Notes under the pieces: model-generated
Seen by the model: the letters and a program-made list of their open reading frames with translations, nothing else
What the model was told of the DNA's origin: nothing
Database searches by the model: none
Position numbers and translations under genes: made by a program
Part shown: positions 54,318 to 64,000 of the stretch, one piece after another
How the letters are laid out: the number at the start of each line of letters is the position of its first letter
Numbering within the stretch: position 1 is the stretch's first letter
DNA from: Octopus bimaculoides
Taxonomy: Eukaryota
DNA length: 64,000 nucleotides
Direction: 5' to 3'
NCBI RefSeq assembly: GCF_001194135.2
Contig: NC_068982.1
Location: 75,225,252 to 75,289,251, forward strand

Positions 54318-54704
54318 ATGGCGGCGGGGAATGTACGTGGTGCAATGAGGCCGCAAGGAAGATCACCTTCGTTTTTCATCGTCGGGCTATTTCTCGCCGT
54401 GGGCATTCTGGGTTTCAATTATTGGAGCCTGTCGAAACGTAACCATGACTTAGCTACACAATTACTTAACATGCAGGATCAACTTAGGCTTTGTATTTCG
54501 AAGAGGATGACCGTGGAGAGGCGGGGATCTAATATCGTGAACGAACTGAAGAAATGTGAAACTGCTTTGGACATGGACAAGAATGAGGTGGCCAGGAAAG
54601 AAAGTGAAGTCATTACTCTTACTGAACAACTGAAAACTAAAGACGTTATAATTAATTCCCATGAAGCGAAAGTAAAAGAAATGGAGGAACTCCGAATGAA
54701 TTTA
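54318..54704 (+). CDS. GOLM2: Golgi membrane protein GOLM1/GOLM2(CASC4) family, coding exon 1 (type II TM helix plus coiled coil)
   Basis: MAAGNVRGAMRPQGRSPSFFIVGLFLAVGILGFNYWSLSKR...: short basic tail, TM helix ending in the family FNYW motif, then heptad coiled coil. Donor TTA|gtaagt after 129 codons. Probably co-orthologous to GOLM1 and GOLM2; later exons not identified in the window. Confidence 0.85.
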
Positions 54705-55439
54705 GTAAGTAATGAAATTGCTTTTGTTTTTGTTGTTCAGAAATGCTTAATTGAAACACATAAACGTCACTTTCTCTTCCACGTCTGTCTATAATAAACA
54801 CACAAGGCATATATATATATATGTATGTATCTAATATATCACTAGATAGATACATACATACATATAGACAAAGAGAAACAGAGAGCGAGTGTTGTGAACA
54901 TAAACACGAATGTATAATTAGATAATTATTTGAGACATTAATAAGATTAATAAACATTCAATCTTATGGCTGTGCGTTCATACCCGTGCAGGGGCACCCT
55001 GTCACTTAGACCTGAGTATCCTTTCATGAAGGAATGTTTAAATACACACGCAGACACATGTTACACTTCTTGCATTTATATACGATGCATACACACATCT
55101 TTTAACCGATTCCAAACCCATTTGCCATAACTGTGTTTAACACTCAAAATGTTATATGAGCTATTTATATATATATANNNNNNNNNNATATAGGCATACT
55201 TCTATAGTTACGTACACACACACACATGATTATTGTATTGATGATTATGTATGCTCGAAGATGATCGTTGTTAAAGTTGTTTAAATATTAATTAATAAGG
55301 CAATTAATCTTTCCGAATGTCGCAAAAAATCTATTTTAGTTTTAACGTATGGCTTGCAGCCAAAATACCTTGTTGATCACCTTAAGCTAGCAAGAATGTT
55401 AGCTTTTTGCATTAACTATACACACGCAAACACACACAC

Positions 55440-55481
<42 letters not shown>

Positions 55482-56185
55482 GCACCTATTCTCAACACCT
55501 ACAGATTAAAATTCTTTTTAATATAAAACCTGTAATTAACAACCCTGAACGTCTTTCTGTGTCCTTCGATGTTTAATGTTAAAGTAAACAAGCCCCATCG
55601 CCAATAAATACTAATAGTAATGATAGTAAATAATAGTTTCTGATTTAGGCACAAGGCTAGTAATTTTGAGAAGGAGGTTAGTCGATAACCATGACCCGAG
55701 TACATGACTGGTACTTTGTTTTATCGATGCCCGAAAGGATCAAAGGTGAAACAGACCTCTGCGGAATTTGAACTAAAAAGCGTTAAGAGCCGGGACAAAT
55801 ATCGCAAGGCAGTCGGTCTATAAATATAGATGCCTTCTGTTTTTATTTCGTCTAATTTTTAGGCAATTATTCTATTAATATGTTCACCTGTAGGCTGGAA
55901 AAGCGACAGAGTATTAGGTTACTGATTGTAGTCGAGTGGCTTGGCTGGTTGTGTCTTTGCATCTTCGCTTCGAAGACAATTATATATGTATATAAGCAGG
56001 GTAACTAATTAGAAAATCTCAATGAGATATGAAAGGAGTAACTATACAGAGAAGTAATGTTTATCGCCACATCAATATGGCTGTTCAACGTTACTAACGC
56101 TTAAACCCAGGTAGAGCTTCCGCCAGCTGGTTATCAGTGCAATCTGCACCTGGTATATATTGCAAGAAGGGGAGCGAACCTCTAC

Positions 56186-56277
56186 CATCTTCTAGCAGAC
56201 GACGGGATCACCAGACCGAATGGTTTCCGGCTATTTGTGCCCCATCTTCAGTGGAGAACACCCGACTGCTAGAGATG
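56186..56277 (-). ncRNA. Type I hammerhead ribozyme motif
   Basis: Minus strand: UCUCCA-CUGAAGA-UGGGGC[ACAAAUA]GCCG-GAAA-CC[AUUC]GG-UC-UGGUGA. Core and GUC site intact; stem I extended by CGGG/CCCG and UCUAGCAG/CUGCUAGA; stem II imperfect. Confidence 0.7.
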
Positions 56278-56574
56278 ACAGGAATTCATTCCAGCTCGCA
56301 ATATATAGAAAACTAAGTGACAATCAGTCACTAATCCTGCAACAAGAAAGTAGCTAGTTTTTAAGGTGGTGCTCCAGCATGGCTGCAGTCAATTGACTGA
56401 AACAAAAGAAAAGTATATATGTACATGTGTGTGTACACAAACACTCATATACACACAAATGCATATACATACATACATACATACTCTCTTTTACTTGTTT
56501 CAGCCATGCAGCTGCAGTCGTGCTGGAGCACCACCATGGTCTTCCTGATTTCCTCAGTCTGGGGTGTTTCACAT

Positions 56575-57200
56575 CACCACTCTTGCATGTGCCTTAGTCC
56601 CAGCTGATGGCCCATTTGGTGTATAAGGGAGTTTGATTCCTCTGCCCTTGTCTGTATCTCATGTCGGGCTGTTGGTTCATCTGATATTGTGGAGAGGAGG
56701 ATGTCTAGTTCCTTTTTGAAGACATCAATTCCATCTTATGCAGTTTTCTTTATTGAAGAGCTGTGGGCCTTTGAACCCTAGACTATTGCAATACCTGGTC
56801 CTGAATTTAAATGGAATGGATGGTACTTTTGGTACAATACAATGGCGTCCAGTTCTGCCATTTGTATAACACTCAATGCTGAAATTAGGTACTAGCCCTA
56901 CTAGAGTTTTTCATACGTACATTATTACATATGTCATGCCTTTGCTCCAGGAAGTAAAGTTGCAGTTTTTTTCAGCCTATCCCCGTAGCTCTTCTGCTGC
57001 ACTGTTTCAATTTTTTTCGTGTAGTGGTATTTGATTGCTTCAAGCTCCGCTATTAGCTTGGTACTATGTGACGACCATAATTGGGAGCAGTAGTCCAGGA
57101 GGCTGAGAACAAAGGTTCTCCATAGAGTCAGTATACTTTCTTGGTCTCTTGTCTTGAAGACTTTCTTGGTCTCTTGCATTTTGATGTCAAGAATGAGTTG
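56575..57200 (-). mobile_element. CR1-like LINE 3' fragment
   Basis: FKTRDQESILTLWRTFVLSLLDYCSQLWS...LEAI..HYTKKI...RLK and downstream KGPQLFN / DVFKKELDILL, typical of the CR1-group RT C-terminus. Confidence 0.75.
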
Positions 57201-57469
57201 CTTTTGTAATCTTTATCCAAAGTAAAACAAAGTAATTATGTTTGAGCTTTCTTTTCACCTTTTCTATATAATCCTGAGAAAAGTTTATTAGGCATCTTAT
57301 GTACTGGGCCTGGAATCACAAACATACTTACGATGTCTGAGCCACAATAATACAGCATCCATATCCTAATTTTTAAGGTTTTCCTTGAGATAATCTTACT
57401 GTTACTTATTCATTTTTCAACAATTTATGTTAATGTTTCTTGGCCCTGTACTGCATATACTTTATGCAG

Positions 57470-57614
57470 TACGGTATTCTGTTTTTATATGTACGTACAG
57501 TACACTATACCTATAAAAAAAATACGTACCCTATGAATATTTGTTTAATGACGAATTTGCTTAATGACGGGGCTTTTGGAACGTATCTTGGTCGTTAAAT
57601 GAAGACGGTCTGTA
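57470..57614. mobile_element. Tigger-like transposon end
   Basis: ...ttgcttaatgacggggcttttggaacgtatc...gtcgttaaatgaagacggtctg|ta, i.e. the reverse complement of a TACAG..CTCACTTAACGAC-type TIR; it interrupts the Penelope ORF. Confidence 0.55.
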
Positions 57615-57890
57615 TTGCAGTTCTCTTATCTGCTTCCTTAATTATAATGTCGTTATTGTTTTTCAGTTCACGTATAATATCCCATTCTTTTCGACTTGTA
57701 TTGAGCTTGATTTTAGGGTGTGGCAGTTCTTTGTAAGTGAAGATAGAAATAATATCACAAAATTTATCTAAAGCTTTATTCTTAGGTTTCATAGGCTTGT
57801 AATTGCTCTTGTTTCTTACAATTGAATCATCCCTGATTTCTTTATTATACAGTTCCTCTGTTAGGTGTAGTTTTCTACAGAACTCTGAAA
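57615..57890 (-). mobile_element. Penelope-like element, pre-RT fragment
   Basis: EFCRKLHLTEELY...SIVRNKSNYKP..KNKALDKFCD...NTSRKEWDIIRELKNNNDIIIKEADK is the typical PLE N-terminal/pre-RT motif (NL...E..AL..LK.N.DIIIK.ADKG). Confidence 0.8.
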
Positions 57891-58628
57891 TATTGTTCTA
57901 TATTTCATTTTAATTAGGGAATAGCACAGATGAAGCATGGATAAACAAAGAAAATGCTTTCATACAAAGATACAAACTAAGACTTAACAAACTTTAACAG
58001 AGTACATACACAAATAACTATTCACACACAAAATTCATTCTACCAAATTCATTTTGCCATTTATGAGGAACCTACACAGCTAACAACCTAAAATTTTAGT
58101 CACTGGACTACATACAAATGACTCCTATCCACTCTCCCACCAAGCAGATGAAATTTGGAGTGCCTTTCTTTTTAGGCACAGAATATACTGTCATGGGACA
58201 TAAATGCACGAATGTAGCAGGGAAACACACAAAAGGTTATAAACTTAATTATGTGTTCATTCTCTACAAACACTTGACAGAAAACATTCAGAGCATGGAT
58301 TGTTTGGACATGTGCAGTCAACCGTGTCAGCCTCAACTTATGGCACCAAACATTGTCACTTGATACTAACACATGGACATAGTGAGGAACCTACAAAAAT
58401 TTCTATGAGCAGTCATATGACTATCCTCTACCAATCAAATCCTATTCAAAAGATATACTAATTTGAGCCATGTAATCAAAAGCAAGACAGCTGCAACATA
58501 AACCACGTCTTTGTATTTGAACTTATTGAAAATCAAAGTAAACAGTGAAACTGGTTAAAACTTTGAATATATTGATAAAAAATATTTTAGCTATTCTCAG
58601 TGCATTTTCAACTTTTATTTCTCCTATA

Positions 58629-58674
<46 letters not shown>

Positions 58675-58703
58675 TATCTATATATATTTATATACATATC
58701 TAT

Positions 58704-58997
58704 AGGAGTGGCTGTGTGGTAAGTAGCTAGCTTACCAACCACATGGCTCTGGGTTCATTCCCACTGCGTGGCACCTTGGACAAGTGTCTTCTACTACAGC
58801 CTCGGGCCGACCAAAGCCTTGTGAGTGGATTTGGTAGACAGAAACTGAAAGAAGTCTGTCGTATATATGTATATATATGTATGTGTGTGTATATGTTTGT
58901 GTATCTGTGTTTGTGCCCCCCAACATCACTTGACAACCGATGCTGGTGTGTTTACGTCCCCGTAACTTAGCGGTTCGACTGAAACGAGTAAAAGAGT
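58704..58997 (+). mobile_element. SINE family A, young copy with tail deletion
   Basis: CpG-retaining copy (ccactgcgtggcacc, cctcgggccgacc); 3' part jumps to gactgaaacgagtaaaagag. Confidence 0.8.
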
Positions 58998-59105
58998 AAT
59001 CTATCTATATATGTATATGTGTGTGTCTGCATGTATGTATACATAGATATATAATAATGATCATCCTAATGCCAGCCACTCTGGCACAATAATAATAATA
59101 ATAAT

Positions 59106-59250
59106 AACAGTGAAAAATACCTTAGGAATGAGAACCCAGGTTCAAAATTTCCCCAAGACAGCTGATGAATGCTGGAGAGTGTATCAGCCAAAACGTTGTG
59201 TTAACAACAAACAAGATGAGGACAACTATCTGTCAAATATAAATAATGTT
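59106..59250 (+). mobile_element. Penelope pLTR-like fragment with a degenerate minimal hammerhead
   Basis: aagaca-g-CTGATGA-atgctg[gagagtgtat]cagcc-aAAAC-GTT-gtgtt follows the minimal type I HHR layout known from PLE termini, with 3 point defects. Confidence 0.6.
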
Positions 59251-59327
59251 TATGAATTTGTTTTGTAAGATTCCTGATGTGAAATCATGTGTTGAAGCAG
59301 ACATTGTTGTATTTCAGGATGGTCTTC

Positions 59328-59617
59328 TTTTTTTTTTTTTTTTCTTCCAAATAAACACATGCACTATATATTTGTTCTTCACTTGTTTATTACTGTTCTT
59401 CAGCAACACTTTCCATCTTCATGAGTGCTCCCGCTCTGCTTAGTCCATGGACTAAGCGGAGCAGGAGCACACGAGGACAGAAAGTGATGCTGAAGAGGTC
59501 ACAGATGAGTGATGAAAGATTTCTGGACAATAGACTTGAGTTAGAATAAGAACAGTAATAAATGAGTTAAGAACAGATATATAGTGCATGTGTTTATTTG
59601 GCAAAAAAAAAAAAAAA
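59328..59617. repeat. Fold-back (palindromic) MITE-like element in GOLM intron 1
   Basis: Arms ccaaataaacacatgcactatata... and ...tatatagtgcatgtgtttatttgg; central 22-bp palindrome around ccatgg (59445-59450); partial second copy at about 61450-61596. Confidence 0.85.
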
Positions 59618-62570
59618 TGAGCATTCCAAAATACAACAATATATTATATATGTATGTATGTATATATGTACGCACACATACCAACACTCCCAGTTTTAAG
59701 TCAATGTTTTGTAATGTAAATGTGTGTGACAAATGTATATCCTTTGTGAAACACTTAATGCAAGAAATGTTTTTTTTTATCTTCTTTTCATAAGCCTTGC
59801 CTTCTACCTTGACATAAGAAATTAGTTCAACAGGAGAGCAAACAAGTTGTATCATTCCACGTATAGAAAATCAATGAAACATTTTGGTTTATAGAAAGTC
59901 AAATGAATTTGAGACATGGCTGATACCTTTGTTTCAGTTAATTTTTAAAATAATGAAAAATTTAGTAAAATAACTTTCTAATTATTAAGCTGGGGCCTGG
60001 AACAATTTAACAATGTTTTCGTGGAAGATTATAATTTAGACCACTTTAAAATAGTAAACTTATGTTATAGAACTTGGGGTGGTCTCAGGCGGGTTGGTAT
60101 CAAAATCTTTTGCAGTGCTGGAGAAAGTAAATAGTAAGGAAAATAGTCTAGTGCATTTGTCTTGAAAGTACAGAAGTTACTTCATGTACAGGTGCTTTGA
60201 CAGATGCTTTCAACTCAGTAGTAATCTCTCAAGAGAGTTGTAAATCAATTTACGCAGGTCTGAAATATTTCTTGACTTAAGAGAAATCTGATTCTTAGTG
60301 TGCCAAGCAAGTTTTACTCTGAGAATTGGGTTTGTAAAAAGATATCATGTTTATTGGTAAATCTGTCTATGATCTCAATTTCTGGGAGAAAGAGAACCAA
60401 AGTTTTTTACGCAGTGATTGAAGTAGCTGAGAACATTTCTAGCTAGATCTGGTGAAAGAGGAATGAAAGTGAACTTCAGAAGGAATAATTTACCCTACAT
60501 TCAACAAGTGTCTCAGTCCAAACTGGTTATGATATCCAAGGCACCTTGGCTTTGGGGCTCCTTAACTGCCCAGGAATATACAAGTTGCAATGCAGACAGA
60601 ATGTGGCAGTAGACATGTATCCAGAGTTGAGGGCCAAAACATTTGTATGAGACAGGGGTTCTCTGAAGACCTTCTGCAGTTGAGTTTTCCCTACAATTTC
60701 TTACTACACCTGTTAACTATGATGATGGTGTTATGCTTTTTAGAAAGCAGTTTGTTATATTTTCATCATCATCATTTAACGTCTGTTTTCCATGCTGGCA
60801 TGGGTTAGATGGCTTAATTGGAACTGGTAAGCTGGGGAGATGCACCAGGTTCCAGTCTGATTTGGTGTGGTTTCTATAACTGAATGCTCTTCCTAACGCC
60901 AACCATTCCAAGAGTGTAATGGGTGCTTTTTATGTGCCACTGGCATGGGTGCTATTTACATGACACCGGGTAATGGCCACGATTACAATTTCATGGGTAA
61001 CATTTACATGACACCAGCAATGGCTGAGTATGATTTGACTTGGCTTGACGAGTATTCTCAGCCCAGCATATTGCCAAAAGTCTCTGTCACTAGTCATTGC
61101 CTCTGTGAGGCTCAACATTTGAAGATCATTAGGTATTAATTATTAGCAAGATGCATTTTTTAAAGAATGTGGTGAAGTTCCCCAGAAGTGATTCTGTGCG
61201 CAATAGACAAAACATTGTATTTAAGCCTTTTTACCAACCTGCTTCTGTTGGTACCAAACCTGGTTTTGAGTTGGTAATCTACAGTTTTGAATCTTTGCTT
61301 AGTGTCTTTCAAATTCATCATTATTTGTTTTCTGCTGTGTTTGTCAGACAGTTTATTGAAGTCAATTTTCTACAGCTGGATATTTTTTCTGTTGTTAATC
61401 CTCACTTGTTTCCAAGAAGGGTAATATGTCCCCATAACCAGAACGGACTAAATAGAACAGGAGGAGACATGTGGCATGGAGAGTCATTGAAAAGGTCACA
61501 AAATGTGTGATGGAAAGATTTCAGACAAAGGACACTAAAATAAGAATAACAACAATGCTGAAGTGAAGAACAAGCATATAGTGCATGTGGCAAAAAATAT
61601 GATCATTCCCAAATATGGGACGCCATTGTTTATAGCAACACGGGTTCCATTTGATCCTATCAACAGAACTGCTTGCTTGTGAAATTAATGTGTAAGCGGC
61701 TGAGCACTCAACAGACACACATACGCTTAAAGTAGTTCTCAGGGAGATTGTTTGACACAGAATGTAGATGCATTATGGGAAGAGGATCAGAGAAACTGTA
61801 AACCAAATTCCTTTTTTTTACTATTTTCGTTTCTCCCTTGTTTGTTCCCTCTTAACTCAGTATTACTTGTCGATCACCACTAATATTAATGAGCTTCGTA
61901 CATTCAAACAAACCGATATACAGTTTTAATATTATTGACTGCTATGAACATTTAAACTTGTACTTGTTCTCCTAATTCATAATGCTAAATTTACATGTTT
62001 TGAACATTTTAATTTGTCAACATTGAAACTCTTGAAAATGTTTTTCTAATTCATAATTTTAAACTTTTACCATTGATAAACAAAAAATATTGTTGAAACT
62101 AGTTTGGTATATATGTAAATAAATGTATTTTAAACATTTATGAATTTTTGAAATTTAGGTGCATTTTCAACAACACATTTTCCTATATTTTTTCCTGTGT
62201 GGNNNNNNNNNNNNNNNNNNNNNNNNNNNNNNNNNNNNNNNNNNNNNNNNNNNNNNNNNNNNNNNNNNNNNNNNNNNNNNNNNNNNNNNNNNNNNNNNNN
62301 NNNNNNNNNNNNNNNNNNNNNNNNNNNNNNNNNNNNNNNNNNNNNNNNNNNNNNNNNNNNNNNNNNNNNNNNNNNNNNNNNNNNNNNNNNNNNNNNNNNN
62401 NNNNNNNNNNNNNNNNNNNNNNNNNNNNNNNNNNNNNNNNNNNNNNNNNNNNNNNNNNNNNNNNNNNNNNNNNNNNNNNNNNNNNNNNNNNNNNNNNNNN
62501 NNNNNNNNNNNNNNNNNNNNNNNNNNNNNNNNNNNNNNNNNNNNNNNNNNNNNNNNNNNNNNNNNNNNNN

Positions 62571-62697
62571 GTAGAAACTCTGCCAAATTAGACTGGAGCC
62601 TGGTGTTGCCATCCGGTTTCACCAGTCCTCAGTCAAATCGTCCAACCCATGCTAGCATGGAAAGCGGACGTTAAACGATGATGATGATGATGATGAT
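62571..62697 (+). mobile_element. 3' tail of a second RTE copy (rest lies in the gap)
   Basis: Near-identical but not identical to 63861-63979. Short reverse-strand copies at about 16731-16824 and 18680-18845; many older RTE-tail copies across the window. Confidence 0.8.
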
Positions 62698-62733
62698 ATA
62701 TATATACACATACATACATACATATATATATAT

Positions 62734-63979
62734 ATGCATGTGCAGAAAACAACTTCTGTCTCATTCCAGGGAGAAAAACTAGACGTAGTTGATAGCTTTC
62801 GCTATCTGGGTGACCAAGTTAGTAGTAGGGGTGGGCGCACTGAAAGTGTAGCTGCTAGAATAAGAATAACCTGGGCAAAATTCAGAGAGCTCTTACCTCT
62901 GCTGGCGACAAAGGGCCTCTCACTCAGAGTAAAAGGCAGACTGTATGACGCATGTGTACGAACAGCCATGCTACATGGCAGTGAAACATGGGCCGTGACT
63001 GCTGAGGACATGCGTAAGCTCGCAAGGAATGAAGCCAGTATGCTCCAATGAATGAGTAATGTCAGTGTGCATACCCGACAGAGTGTAAGTATCTTGAGAG
63101 AAAATTTGAACCTAAGAAGCATCAGTTGTGGCGTGCAAGAGAGATGATTGCACTGGTATGGACATGTGGCGAGAATGGATGAGGATAGCTGTGTGAAAAA
63201 GTGCCACACCCAAGCGGTTGAGGGAAGCCGTGGAAGAGGCAGACCTAGGAAGACCTAGAATGAGGTGGTGAAGCACGACCTCCGAACATTAGGCCTCACC
63301 AAGGCAATGACTTGTGACCGAGACCTTTGGAAATATGCTGTACATGCGAAGACCCGGCAAGCCAAGTGAGACCAAGATCCAAGGCCTCTGCCAGGGATGT
63401 AGCCAGCCCACTTATGCGTAACATTCCTTCATTGGACACTAAACTCCGCTTGCGAAGACCTGTTGAGGCAAGTGAAATCGAAATCAAACAAAATTTGTAG
63501 GAACACTAAACTCGGCTTGCGAAGACCTGTTGGGGTAAGCGAAATTGTGATGGCACCTGTACCAGTGGAGCACTAAGAGCACTGTCCGAGCATGATCGTT
63601 GCCAGAGCAGCTGTCTGGCTTCCGTGCCGGTGGCATGTAAATAGTACCAGCATGATCGTTACCTTCCTGGCATGTGAAAAGACATTCAAGCGAGGTCATT
63701 GCCAGTGCCGATTGACTGGCTCCTGTGCAGGTGACACGTAAAATACATCATTTTGAGCGTGGCCATTGCCAGTACCACCTGACTGACCTTCGTGCCGGCG
63801 GCACGTAAAAGCACCCTCTACACTCTTGGAGTGGTTGACGTTAGGAAGGGCATCCAGCTGTAGAAACTCTGCCAAATCAGATTGGAGCCTGGTGTAGCCA
63901 CCTGGTTCACCAGTCCTCAGTCAAATCATCCAACCCATGCTAGCATGGAAAGCGGATGTTAAACGATGATGATGATGAT
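62734..63979 (+). mobile_element. 5'-truncated RTE-clade LINE, relatively young
   Basis: VDSFRYLGD...ARIRITWAKFREL...KGRLYDACVRTAMLHGSETW...LHWYGHVARMDE...GRGRPRKT; long 3' UTR and (GAT)n tail; (AT)n on both sides. Confidence 0.9.
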
Positions 63980-64000
63980 ATATATATATATATATATATA

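Noticed and set aside
61800-61930. Strong plus-strand acceptor at 61860 as possible GOLM exon 2
   Set aside because: The phase-0 frame (YYLSITTNINELRTFKQTDIQF*) stops, with no good donor and no coiled-coil character.
1-64000. CRISPR arrays, rRNA or bona fide tRNA genes
   Set aside because: None seen. The tRNA-like A/B boxes all belong to SINE heads lacking a full cloverleaf, and there are no regularly spaced repeat-spacer arrays.

Overview
AT-rich, repeat-dense animal genomic DNA with several N gaps. The SINE, RTE-tail and microsatellite content resembles Octopus (cephalopod) sequence; this is recognition from memory, not a database result. Two host genes are arranged head-to-head. (1) A GKAP1 (G kinase-anchoring protein 1) homologue on the minus strand: I spliced 8 coding exons by hand (34385 to 9792, 855 nt, 285 codons, open and phase-consistent only if intron 7 uses a GC donor); its last exon(s) were not found. 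(2) The first coding exon of a GOLM1/GOLM2(CASC4)-family Golgi type II membrane protein on the plus strand (54318-54704). The rest is mostly transposable elements: two R4/Dong-clade RLE LINEs, a full-length IR-DR Tc1 fossil, pogo/Tigger pieces, RTE, CR1-like and Penelope fragments, non-autonomous Helitrons, piggyBac-like MITEs and many tRNA-derived SINEs. The most notable unannotated signals are a type I hammerhead ribozyme motif with an intact catalytic core inside a larger fold-back (minus strand, about 56154-56308), two degenerate Penelope-type hammerheads, an ORF1-only retroelement inserted with an 18-bp TSD into a SINE tRNA head, a GC-AG intron, and two long intronic palindromes that could be ADAR substrates.
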